This document shows positions 20,474 through 29,642 of a DNA stretch of 64,000 nt, piece by piece (the stretch's first letter is position 1; the number at the start of each line of letters is the position of its first letter). Source of the DNA: an uncultured delta proteobacterium (GTDB lineage: Bacteria; Desulfobacterota; Desulfomonilia; Desulfomonilales; Desulfomonilaceae); the NCBI GenBank assembly GCA_963789265.1, contig CAWBKB010000006.1:384001-448000 (forward strand), read 5' to 3'. The notes below the pieces were generated by a model. It saw only the letters and a program-made list of their open reading frames with translations. It was not told the origin of the DNA and made no database searches. The translations under genes and the position numbers were made by a program.

Positions 20474-22129
20474 TCAATGAACCACTAGCAGAGTAAAGGG
20501 ATATACATAAGCCTGAAGAAATACCAGGCAACCCACAAGCGTAGCCAGGGCAAGGCTGTGGAAGAAAACGTACCGCAGAATGTCCCCCTCGTGGCCGTAC
20601 CACTGGGTTGCAGTACTGGCCACCACGATGCTCTGAGCGTCAATCATCTTGCCCATGACACCGCCCGCACTGTTGGCAGAACACATCAGCGTCGGGCTTA
20701 TACCTATCTGCTGGGCGGAAATCCGCTGCAAACTACCAAAAAGCACGTTGGAAGATGTGTCCGAACCTGTGAGTGCGACTCCAAGCCATCCGAGCAAAGT
20801 CCCGAAGAAAGGATAGAGGTGACCGGTCATGGCAAAAGCTATGCCCATAGTGGCATCCAGCCCGGAATATCGAGTCACGAATCCGAGAGAAAGCATGGCT
20901 GATATTGTCAAGATGGAATACTTAATCATCTTGATCGTTTCCCAGTAGATTCTCACCATGTCGCGGACGGAATAGCCCATAACAAAACCCGATATTATCG
21001 CTGCCAAGAGGATGCCTGTGCCTGTGGCCGACAACCAGTTGAGAACGTAGACTGCCTTCTCGGCCACAGGCTTTGTAACCACGGGAGGCATGCGCATCAC
21101 CATGAGGTGCAGGTCGGGGACCAGGAACTTGGGCATGGAAATCGCGTTGAGAAAATGCTTGAACGGCCCCAGACCCCACAGGAAGACGAGAACACTGAGG
21201 ATAATCCACGGCGTCCAGGCCCGAATCACTTCTCCTCTGGTGTAATCGTGACTTGCTCGCGCTTCAGCGGTCGCATCATGCCCGTTCAGCCCCCAAATCT
21301 GTTTCGGATGCCACTTCATCAAGAATATCGTCACCGCAGCCAGCGATACCAATGAAGATATGATGTCCACCAGCGAAGGGCCATGGAAATTAGAAACCAG
21401 AAATTGAGGAACTGCGAAAAAAACTCCGGCCACCAATGTAGCCGGCCATACGCCGATTATCCCGCGGAATCCCGCGTAAGCCCACACAAGCCAGAACGGG
21501 ACGAGAAGGGAGAAGAAGGGGAGGATGCGCCCTACCATCGCGCTCAAATGCATTTCGTTCAATCCGCTGACCCCTGCCAAAGTAGTGACCGGGATGCCCA
21601 AGGCTCCAAAAGCTACGGGGGCTGTGTTTGCAATCAAGGAGAGCCCGGAAGCTTCAAGCGGCCCGAAACCTAAACCGATCAAAATTGCGGCAGTAACAGC
21701 CACCGGAGTGCCAAATCCGGCGGCCCCTTCGAAGAAGGCTCCAAAGGCAAAAGCGATGAGCACTAACTGCAACCTGCTGTCCTGCGTAACAGCGGTAAGG
21801 CTGGTCTGTAGGATCTCGAACTGGCCTTTCTCCTTCGTGAGCCGATAGAGGAAAATGACGTGCAGGATGATCCAGCATATAGGCATGAGGCCGAAGCACG
21901 CCCCATAGATTGCGGTGGCTGTTGCGAGTTTTCCGGGCATGTGAAACATAGCCGTTGCCACAGCCAAAGCCGTGGCAAGACCCAGGAGAGCGGCATAGTG
22001 GGCCTTGATTCTGAGAATCGCCAGTGTCCCCAACAGGACCACTACCGGCAAAGCGGCACACAGCGTCGAGAGCGCAATATTATTCAGTGGATTGTAAACT
22101 TGTTGCCAAGGCACCTCCAAACCTCCCAT
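20474..22129 (-). CDS. lctP: L-lactate/glycolate permease
   Basis: FFEGAAGFGTPVA, ANTAPVAFGALG, GSDTSSNVLFG, GGVMGKMI. Confidence 0.95.
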   Translation of the reverse strand: MGGLEVPWQQVYNPLNNIALSTLCAALPVVVLLGTLAILRIKAHYAALLGLATALAVATAMFHMPGKLATATAIYGACFGLMPICWIILHVIFLYRLTKEKGQFEILQTSLTAVTQDSRLQLVLIAFAFGAFFEGAAGFGTPVAVTAAILIGLGFGPLEASGLSLIANTAPVAFGALGIPVTTLAGVSGLNEMHLSAMVGRILPFFSLLVPFWLVWAYAGFRGIIGVWPATLVAGVFFAVPQFLVSNFHGPSLVDIISSLVSLAAVTIFLMKWHPKQIWGLNGHDATAEARASHDYTRGEVIRAWTPWIILSVLVFLWGLGPFKHFLNAISMPKFLVPDLHLMVMRMPPVVTKPVAEKAVYVLNWLSATGTGILLAAIISGFVMGYSVRDMVRIYWETIKMIKYSILTISAMLSLGFVTRYSGLDATMGIAFAMTGHLYPFFGTLLGWLGVALTGSDTSSNVLFGSLQRISAQQIGISPTLMCSANSAGGVMGKMIDAQSIVVASTATQWYGHEGDILRYVFFHSLALATLVGCLVFLQAYVYPFTLLVVH

Positions 22130-22232
22130 CTTCAGTCAAAAATCCCCCCCTTTCCCCATGAGCGTTAAAATAGCCAGCCTCTCAGAATTTGAGAGCCCCA
22201 GCGGGGCTCAATGATAGTAGCCCGGCAATTCA

Positions 22233-22440
22233 GAAACTGTCTCAAAACTATGTTGATGCCGAGCATCGTGCCACGATGGCTGCCCGGCACTAAAGTACCG
22301 GTCTACTCTCAATCGCCCCGATGGGGCTCAAATACAAACGTCCCGGAGGGACTAGTGATAGTAGCCCGGTAATTCATTGCCGGGAATAGGGAGCATTCGT
22401 GTTACGATTTCGTTCGGTTCCAGGGTTTTGAGACACTTTC
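22233..22440. mobile_element. MITE type A (reverse orientation), cargo CCCGGCAATTCATTGCCGGG-family REPs
   Basis: TIR GAAACTGTCTCAAAA...TTTTGAGACACTTTC; duplication TTCA in loop of CCCGGCAA-TTCA-TTGCCGGG. Confidence 0.9.
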
Positions 22441-22559
22441 TTCATTGCCGGGGGACCGGTGAGCGATGATCCAGTTCTTCGTTCCCAGGGCGCCGGAGGT
22501 AAAAATGCTTCGGGCGCCCTGGGGACGAACAGGCTCTCTTGGCCGCTTGTTCCCGGCGA

Positions 22560-22576
22560 TCCCGCGTTCCGCGGGA
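22560..22576. repeat. 17-nt micro-palindrome TCCCGCG-TTC-CGCGGGA
   Basis: Replaces the right arm of a CCCGGCGA...CTATC REP. Confidence 0.8.
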
Positions 22577-22654
22577 CTATCGGGATGTCCCTCCGGGACA
22601 GCAACGCCTCAGCAATCAATCAACCTTATTTTAACGGCTATGCCCCTTTCCCCG

Positions 22655-23974
22655 TTAATGTTGAATCCCGCGTTCCAGTGAAAGATTAATAATCTCGCAT
22701 GTATGAGACACACTCCAGCTACGGCCCCACTTTTTCCGGGCGTACTGGAGTTGCATTAAGCAACCGGGGTTGGAAGTAATGACCCTTTCGGCCCCCGTTT
22801 TGTCGATCGCTGCGACCTTGGCCTCAAGGATCTTCATGGCTCGTTCACGGTGGGTAATATTGTAGATTCCGGCCGAACCGCAGCATTGTCCTTCATCAAG
22901 GATGTCTTTCAGCGTGAGGCCGGGTATCAGGCCCAGCACGTCGCGCTGCGGAGTGATGAGCCTTTGCCCGTGGCGTAGGTGACAGGGATCATGAAAACAA
23001 ACTGTCTCGGGGATTGCACCAAGTTTGATGTAGTCCTTCAGCGCAGGAGCCAGGAATTCGGATATGTCCCGAACCTTTGCGGAAAATGCCTCAGCCTTCT
23101 CGGCCATGCGGGCACGCTGGCCAAGGGTTTCGCGGTAGGCTTTCAATTCGGATCCGCACGCGGCGCAGTCCGTGACAATCGCTTCCACTCTTTTTTCTTC
23201 GAACAGGTTTACATTGTGTTCGGCCATTTCGCGGTAAATTTTTCGCTCGCCTTCAGCGATGTTGGGTGTACCGCAACACTGCTGGTTTTTCGGAACAACG
23301 ACCGTGTACCCCGCTCGAGTGAGAATGTTTATTGTGGCTCGACTCACTTCTCCGAAGATGAGGTTCATTGCGCAGCCCAAGAAAAAGCCCACTCGGCCCC
23401 TTTCCTTTCCAACCGCGGGGATTTCTTCGGGCAGAGTATGGCTTAACGGCCGCACAGGAAGAGGCGGCAGCAAGGATTCCATAAATTCCAAATCAGGTGA
23501 GATGAGGCGCAAAATGTGGGATTTCTCAATTAGCCGTTGAAGCCCCGAATACTGGTACACGCGTAGAGGCGTTAAAAGATGCGAGAGCTTTTCCTGATCA
23601 CGAATGGCATGATGGAGGACAAATCGCTTCAATAGAGGCTGCGCGGTATTCTCCTCAATCCGATGCCGCGCCTCAAGGACTAATTCGCCCACTTTGACTC
23701 CCGCGGGGCAAACGGTTTGGCAATTGCGGCAGTCCAGGCAATGGTACATGTGGCCCACAAATTCTTCCGAAGCCGACAATCGTCCGTCAATGACTGCCTT
23801 GATCATAGCCACGCGGCCTCGGGGAGACTGGGTCTCTATACCGTCGGTGCGATAGGTCGGGCAGGTAGGGAGGCAGGTTCCGCACCTCATACACTGGAGG
23901 ACATCGCCGTAATCGTGAATATCCAAAGTAGCCAAAGCCTTGGCAATCTTCTCTGAATCGACGTGCTTGCCCAT
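22655..23974 (-). CDS. glcF: Fe-S oxidoreductase, GlcF-like (2 CCG domains)
   Basis: CMRCGTCLPTCP, CLDCRNCQTVCP, QCCG, HDPCHL, CCGSAG. Confidence 0.9.
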   Translation of the reverse strand: MGKHVDSEKIAKALATLDIHDYGDVLQCMRCGTCLPTCPTYRTDGIETQSPRGRVAMIKAVIDGRLSASEEFVGHMYHCLDCRNCQTVCPAGVKVGELVLEARHRIEENTAQPLLKRFVLHHAIRDQEKLSHLLTPLRVYQYSGLQRLIEKSHILRLISPDLEFMESLLPPLPVRPLSHTLPEEIPAVGKERGRVGFFLGCAMNLIFGEVSRATINILTRAGYTVVVPKNQQCCGTPNIAEGERKIYREMAEHNVNLFEEKRVEAIVTDCAACGSELKAYRETLGQRARMAEKAEAFSAKVRDISEFLAPALKDYIKLGAIPETVCFHDPCHLRHGQRLITPQRDVLGLIPGLTLKDILDEGQCCGSAGIYNITHRERAMKILEAKVAAIDKTGAERVITSNPGCLMQLQYARKKWGRSWSVSHTCEIINLSLERGIQH

Positions 23975-23979
23975 AGAAG

Positions 23980-25368
23980 CTATTCTGTATTCTCCAGAAA
24001 TATTTTTCCCGGATTGAGACGGCCTTCAGGGTCGAAGGCCCGTTTGATCTTTCTCATAACCTCAATGGCCTTCGGGCCTACCATTTGAGGCAGATATTTG
24101 GATTTCGTGATTCCCGTGCCATGCTCGCCCGAGATGGTACCGCCGAGGCTGATGGCCTTTTTGAAAATTTCGTCATAAGCGGCTTCCACTCGATGAATTT
24201 CTTCGGTATCTCGTTCGTCGGTCAGACAAGTTGGGTGGAGATTGCCGTCACCCGCGTGCCCGAATGTCCCGATCTTTATTGAATATCTTTTGGCGGCTTC
24301 CTGGATGGCAGCCATCATCTCCGGGATAGCCGGCCGAGGCACCGTCACATCTTCGAGTATCGTGGTCGGCCTGACTCGCGCCAGAGCTGTGAGAGCATTC
24401 CGTCGAGCGGTGAACAGCTCTTCCGATTCTTTCAGGTCCTTGGCCACCCGCAATGTCCGGGCCCGGTTGGCTCGACAAGCTTCTTCAATGCCCGCGGCTT
24501 CCTCTCCAACAACCTCCGGGTGTCCGTCCGCCTCGATCAGAAGCAGTGCGGCCACATCGCGTGGCAGGCCGATCATGACGTGATCTTCCACGCAGTTAAT
24601 AGTCATCGAGTCCATCAGTTCCAGGGTAGAGGGAATGATCTTGCGTGAGATTATTGTGGAAACTGTGCGTGCAGCATCTATTATATCGTCGTACAGAGCA
24701 AGAAAGGTTTTCCTGGCCCGCGGCTTGGGAATGAGCTTTAGCGTTATCTTTGAGAAGATTCCGATTGTTCCTTCGGAACCCGTCAAGAATTTGGTGAGGT
24801 TGTACCCCGCCACGTCTTTCACGCACTTGGTTCCATAATGGACCTTGGACCCATCAATCAGCCACGTGTCAAGGGCAAGCACATAGTCGCCGGTGATCCC
24901 GTACTTCAGTCCTCGCAAACCTCCGGCATTTTCTGCCACGTTCCCGCCGATGGTACAAACCTTCATGCTTCCCGGATCGGGTGGATAGAACAGGTTTTGG
25001 GCTTCAACGGCAGCATGAAGATCCGCGGTAATCACCCCCGGTTCTACGGTCACTGAGAGGTCATTCGACTCGATCTCGATGATGCGGTTCATGGCAGTAG
25101 TGGCAATGACAATCCCGCCCTTCACCGGGACGGAACCGCCGCTCAGACCTGTACCGCTCCCCCTGGTGGTGACCGGCAGTCCTTCCCGTGCAGCGAATTC
25201 CAAGGTCAAACCGATATCTTCTTCTGTGATAACGCGGACAACCGCGTCAGGCTTGTGAGAAACAAGAGGAGCGGCGTCGTACGAGTAGCAAAGCAGCTCT
25301 GCCTCAGAGGACAGGACCTTGCTTTTGCCGAGCAGGCGTTCCAATTCGTTCACAAATGGTTTACGCAT
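23980..25368 (-). CDS. glcD: FAD-linked oxidase, GlcD-like (lactate/glycolate dehydrogenase)
   Basis: RGSGTGLSGG, PPDPGS, GSEGT, HAGDGNLHP, GEHGTG, NPGK. Confidence 0.92.
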   Translation of the reverse strand: MRKPFVNELERLLGKSKVLSSEAELLCYSYDAAPLVSHKPDAVVRVITEEDIGLTLEFAAREGLPVTTRGSGTGLSGGSVPVKGGIVIATTAMNRIIEIESNDLSVTVEPGVITADLHAAVEAQNLFYPPDPGSMKVCTIGGNVAENAGGLRGLKYGITGDYVLALDTWLIDGSKVHYGTKCVKDVAGYNLTKFLTGSEGTIGIFSKITLKLIPKPRARKTFLALYDDIIDAARTVSTIISRKIIPSTLELMDSMTINCVEDHVMIGLPRDVAALLLIEADGHPEVVGEEAAGIEEACRANRARTLRVAKDLKESEELFTARRNALTALARVRPTTILEDVTVPRPAIPEMMAAIQEAAKRYSIKIGTFGHAGDGNLHPTCLTDERDTEEIHRVEAAYDEIFKKAISLGGTISGEHGTGITKSKYLPQMVGPKAIEVMRKIKRAFDPEGRLNPGKIFLENTE

Positions 25369-25395
25369 CTTAAGGGCTGTTCGGCCGAGGCAACA

Positions 25396-25809
25396 TTACG
25401 CGGCCGTCAGTTCGTATGTCAGGCGGTCATCTTCAAGGTTGGTCACACGTATCTTCACTTTCATGCCTGCTTTGATTGCATCGTCAGGAAGAGAGCGGTC
25501 CATTCGGCCAAAGACCTTAATGCCGTCCGCGAATTCCGCGACTGCCAGCACGTACGGGACATCCTTTTCAAAGCCCGCAGGCGCATACATCGCCTTTGTG
25601 TACGTCAGGACAGTTCCCTCGCCCGCAACAGGGAACCATTCCATATCATCGCTGAGACAAACGTCGCAGTCACTGCGTGGCGGAAAGAATTTGGCTCCGC
25701 ATCGCATGCACAAGGTGCCGGACAACTCGTTATTCTTCAGCAGATCCACAAATTGTTCAGTCTTCGTCACACCGGTGAAACTTATGATGCCGAACTGTTC
25801 AAATCCCAT
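25396..25809 (-). CDS. DUF35 Zn-ribbon/OB-fold thiolase partner
   Basis: CMRCG..FFPPR.DC..C; start trimmed to MGFEQ after GGAGG. Confidence 0.9.
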   Translation of the reverse strand: MGFEQFGIISFTGVTKTEQFVDLLKNNELSGTLCMRCGAKFFPPRSDCDVCLSDDMEWFPVAGEGTVLTYTKAMYAPAGFEKDVPYVLAVAEFADGIKVFGRMDRSLPDDAIKAGMKVKIRVTNLEDDRLTYELTAA

Positions 25810-25830
25810 GTCAATCCTCCAGAAAAGGCG

Positions 25831-25970
25831 TTTACCGCGGAGAGCGCAGAGACCGCGGAGAAATAAGTGTTCTTTATTTCTGTGGCAGGTGAGATATATG
25901 TCTGTACGACTCACCTTGTCATGTCCAAAGCATTTATCTCTCTGCGATCTCTGTGAACTCTGCGGTGAAT
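25831..25970. repeat. Inverted REP pair (ACCGCAGAG..CGCAGAG family)
   Basis: TTTACCGCGGAGAGCGCAGAGACCGCGGAG ... CTCTGCGATCTCTGTGAACTCTGCGGTGAA. Confidence 0.8.
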
Positions 25971-25973
25971 TTC

Positions 25974-27128
25974 TTACTCCGCCCCGAATATGCTCACATT
26001 GCCATAGATGCCTACGCCGCCTATGTTATGGACCAGCCCGATTTTCGCGTCCGGCACCTGCATATCCCCTGCCTCGCCTCGCAACTGCAAGATAATGGTA
26101 CGGATTTGCGAGCCTCCGGTGGCTCCGATGGGATGCCCCTTGGAGAGCAATCCTCCATCTACGTTGACCGGAATATTGCCTTCCTTATAGGTCTCTTTGT
26201 TTCGAATAAGCTCTTTCCCTCGGCCCGGCTCTGCGAATCCCAGGTCTTCGTACGCCATCATCTCTGCGATTGTGAAGCAATCGTGGACTTCGGCTACGTC
26301 CACGTCTTTTGCTGTTATGCCCGCCATTTCGTAAGCTCGCTTTGCTGCCAGTTGCGCACACTTCAGTCCGCTAAAGGTATCTCTACCGGCCATGTTTATC
26401 GGAGCCGTAGCCATGCCGAGCCCTTTTATCCAAATCGGTTTTTTGCAAAGGGCCTTCGCCCTTTCTTCGGAGGCAAGGATGACGCACGATGAGCCGTCCG
26501 CGTTCGCGCAACAATCGTACATCTTGAGAGGCGTGGCGATATACTTCGGCTCAAGCACTTTGTCCAGCGTCAAAGATTTGCGGAAGACCGCTTTCTCGTT
26601 GATCTGCCCGTAAGTTGAGGACTTGACGCGAATGAGGGCCAGGTCTTCCTCGGAAGTGCCGTACTTCTCGAAATGCCCGCGGGCGTACATTGCGTAGTAA
26701 GCCGGCATCATGGTTCCAAAAGGAGCTTCCCACTGAATATCCGCGCCGCGTCCCATTCTCTCTTGAGATTCCGCAGAAGAGATTTCGGACATCTTCTGGA
26801 AGCCCAGCACGAGCACAACGTCGTGAAGGCCGGACGCGATAAGTGCGTACGCGGTTCTGAGGCCACTGGAACTGGATGAGCACACGCTTTCTACATAGAA
26901 GGTGGGCTGGGGATTGAGCCCCAGGTACTCTGCCATAAGTCCTGCCGGCGTCCGCTGTTTGTCGTATTCAGGAGCCGAACAGATTACCGATGCGTCGATC
27001 TGTTCCGATTTGAGGCCCGCGTCTTGCATGGCGTCTCGGTAGGCTTCAAAAGCCAGTTCTCGGATCGAACCCGGGTAGGCCCGCACAAAAGCACTTTGGC
27101 CGACGCCGATTACCGCAACCTTTGCCAT
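25974..27128 (-). CDS. Thiolase (SCP-x/archaeal-type acetyl-CoA acetyltransferase)
   Basis: ESVCSS catalytic Cys, EVHDCF, NVDGGLLSKGHPIGATG. Confidence 0.92.
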   Translation of the reverse strand: MAKVAVIGVGQSAFVRAYPGSIRELAFEAYRDAMQDAGLKSEQIDASVICSAPEYDKQRTPAGLMAEYLGLNPQPTFYVESVCSSSSSGLRTAYALIASGLHDVVLVLGFQKMSEISSAESQERMGRGADIQWEAPFGTMMPAYYAMYARGHFEKYGTSEEDLALIRVKSSTYGQINEKAVFRKSLTLDKVLEPKYIATPLKMYDCCANADGSSCVILASEERAKALCKKPIWIKGLGMATAPINMAGRDTFSGLKCAQLAAKRAYEMAGITAKDVDVAEVHDCFTIAEMMAYEDLGFAEPGRGKELIRNKETYKEGNIPVNVDGGLLSKGHPIGATGGSQIRTIILQLRGEAGDMQVPDAKIGLVHNIGGVGIYGNVSIFGAE

Positions 27129-27416
27129 GTACTCCTCCTTATATTGAGATTGGAAACTTCGATAATTTGGAAGGTGTCAAATGATACCATGCGGCCGGGT
27201 TCGAGATCAACAGGCTCTCTGAGGACACGGAGATGAACTACGTACGCTCCTGTCGAGTTGACCCCAAGGCACGAGTCTGGTACAAATTGAATGAGCCCAG
27301 CCTTTAAAGGCTATAATCAGAGGGCGCAGCAAGACAAGTGCTGTTGCCTTTTTTCGCTTGTGCTGTGGATGTTGTTCACGGGATGCCATAAACTTTTACC
27401 AAACGAGAAGGAATAA

Positions 27417-27896
27417 GTGATGAGCTTGGCCAAGCGTCCGATAACCTCTGAAGGACACAAGAAACTAAGAGAGGAACTCGACCGATTGATCCGCGTAGAG
27501 CGACCGGCGGTGATAAAGGAGATCGAAATAGCCTTGGGCCATGGAGATCTCTCAGAGAATGCGGAATACACGTACGGCAAAGAAAAACAGGCCCTCATTG
27601 AAACGCGTATCCGGAGCCTTCAGGATCGGCTTGCCGCTTGCGAAATAATAGATATTGAGAATCGCCCCCCGACGAACCGAATCGTATTCGGATGTTCCGT
27701 CACGATTGAGGATTTAGATACCAGTGAACAGAAGGTTTACCAGCTTCTTGGGCAGGACGAGGCCGACATAAGACGCGGGGTCATATCAGTCGATTCCCCG
27801 CTGGGGCGAGCCCTCATCGGCAAAGAGGTCGACGACGTTGTGGAGGTGAAAACTCCCAACGGCCTTCGAGAGTTCGAAGTCCTTGAGATCTCCTGA
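27417..27896 (+). CDS. greA: Transcription elongation factor GreA
   Basis: HGDLSENAEY, ISVDSPLGRALIGK. Confidence 0.97.
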   Translation: MMSLAKRPITSEGHKKLREELDRLIRVERPAVIKEIEIALGHGDLSENAEYTYGKEKQALIETRIRSLQDRLAACEIIDIENRPPTNRIVFGCSVTIEDLDTSEQKVYQLLGQDEADIRRGVISVDSPLGRALIGKEVDDVVEVKTPNGLREFEVLEIS

Positions 27897-27939
27897 AACA
27901 AGCGATTTATAATTGCTCATGAGTTGGTCAGAGGCGGAT

Positions 27940-29259
27940 ATGCACGACAAAACTGCACCGCAATCGGCCGCGTCCTACCCCGGAGTTCTCATATTGTGCG
28001 ATTTTGACGGCACTGTGTCAACGAAGGACACTGTGAATCGTCTGGTGAGAGAACACGCGACGTCGCCGGAATGGCGCTATTACGTGAAGCGGTATATGCT
28101 CGGAGAAATAGGCTCCCGGGAAGTATACGAAGGCATCGCGCCCCTAATGAGGATGACTCGTGAGGACCTGGAAATGTTCGTCCGCAACCACGCGGCACTG
28201 GATCCGAGTTTTCCCCAATTCCTGGCATGGGCCAAGAGACGAGGAATCGACGTCAAAATTGTCTCCGACGGATTCGATGCCACAATAGAAAGATTGTTTC
28301 ACAACCACGGAATCTCGGGGCTGGAAATCTTCGCCAACACCCTAACCTTCGGAGACGACGGCAGAGTCTCAATGGCTAGCCCGCATTCCAATCCTGCATG
28401 CGGAACCTGTGGCACGTGCAAGTTGAGCATTTTGCGAAAGTTTCGGCCTTATTATGACAAGATCGTTTTGATCGGGGACGGGGAGTCCGACCGCCACGTC
28501 GCAGGTGAAGCCGATGTGGTATTGGCGCTAAACGAGCTTTTTGTATATTGCGCCCGGCATCGCATTCCATCGGTGCGTGTAAGCGGCTTTCAGGAAATTC
28601 CTCAATTACTCACAAGGGGCATCGCGGCCGTGGCATTCGACATGGACGGTACTTTGATCGATTCGCTTGACACCATTACAGACGCGTTTAATCACATGTT
28701 TAAGACGCTCGGTTACCCGTCGATGACCACAGCAGAAGTGGTCCGAACCACTTCAATCTCACTAAAGGATTTTACCGAGACTTACCTCAAACCAGAGGAA
28801 ACGGAAACAGGCATTCGAATCTTTCGAGAATACTACGACGGCATTTTCCTTGAGAAAACGACGATGATTCCGGGGGTAATGGAAACGCTCGCAGCACTTG
28901 ACGGGACAATACTCAAGGGGATCGTCACCAACAAGCGTGGCAATTACGCCCTAAAGCTCGCGGAGCATTTTGGATTCGCTCAAAACATGGCTCGCATCAT
29001 AGGCGCTGAAGACGGCTTCAAGGCTAAGCCGGCTGGAGAAATGTGCGAGGAATTTATCCGCTCGGTGGGGGCCTCCAAAGATAATACGGTCTATGTTGGG
29101 GATGCTCCAATTGATATTCAGGCAGCGAAAAACGCGGGCATAGATGCCTTTGCCGTGGCAAATCCCCTTTTCTCTGCGGAAGATCTGGCACTTTGTGCTC
29201 CCCGTAGAGTATTGAATGATATAACCGAGTTGCCTGCAGCGCTCCGGCCTCTGATATAA
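27940..29259 (+). CDS. Tandem HAD phosphatase (MtnX-like IB domain fused to Gph-like IA domain)
   Basis: CDFDGTV...GDGESD and FDMDGTLIDS...VGDAPID. Confidence 0.9.
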   Translation: MHDKTAPQSAASYPGVLILCDFDGTVSTKDTVNRLVREHATSPEWRYYVKRYMLGEIGSREVYEGIAPLMRMTREDLEMFVRNHAALDPSFPQFLAWAKRRGIDVKIVSDGFDATIERLFHNHGISGLEIFANTLTFGDDGRVSMASPHSNPACGTCGTCKLSILRKFRPYYDKIVLIGDGESDRHVAGEADVVLALNELFVYCARHRIPSVRVSGFQEIPQLLTRGIAAVAFDMDGTLIDSLDTITDAFNHMFKTLGYPSMTTAEVVRTTSISLKDFTETYLKPEETETGIRIFREYYDGIFLEKTTMIPGVMETLAALDGTILKGIVTNKRGNYALKLAEHFGFAQNMARIIGAEDGFKAKPAGEMCEEFIRSVGASKDNTVYVGDAPIDIQAAKNAGIDAFAVANPLFSAEDLALCAPRRVLNDITELPAALRPLI

Positions 29260-29260
29260 G

Positions 29261-29487
29261 GTAACCGTTCAGCGGACTTCAAGATTCACCGCAGAGTCCG
29301 CAGAGAACGCAGAGATAAAGGATAGTTTATTCAATTCCACGTCAATCACCGCGTGTACAGTCAGGTCGGCATTGTCCTTCCCGCGTCGTGGGATCACATA
29401 CCGGAACCTGCTGTACACAATTCGCATAAGCGTTCGGAGAAAATAGAATTCTCCGCGGTCTCTGCGCTCTCCGCGGTGAACGATTAC
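29261..29487. mobile_element. MITE type D (GTAA ends, 8-bp duplication; IS66-like) carrying CCGCAGAG REP pair
   Basis: Ends GTAACCGTTCA / TGAACGATTAC; GATATAAG at 29253-29260 and 29488-29495. Confidence 0.85.
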
Positions 29488-29642
29488 GATATAAGCTATG
29501 CGGCTGAATTGTCCGCGCTCGGAATTGTAGTCGCGTAAGAATTGGTTGAGAATGAGGGTAGTGGCTGGAACGGGCGTATTGCTATCCGAATGACTATTAT
29601 GAATATGGGAAATAACGGTATGTACTGGGACGGGGTCGGAAT

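Larger units (their letters stand above)
22157..22642. mobile_element. MITE type C (CAT...ATG ends, 10-bp duplication; IS4-like) enclosing REPs and a type-A MITE
   Basis: Ends CATGAGCGTTAAAATA / TATTTTAACGGCTATG; CCCCTTTCCC at 22147-22156 and 22643-22652. Confidence 0.75.

Noticed and set aside
27195..27210. tRNA (GGGTTCGAGA T-loop-like)
   Set aside because: No cloverleaf, acceptor stem or anticodon arm
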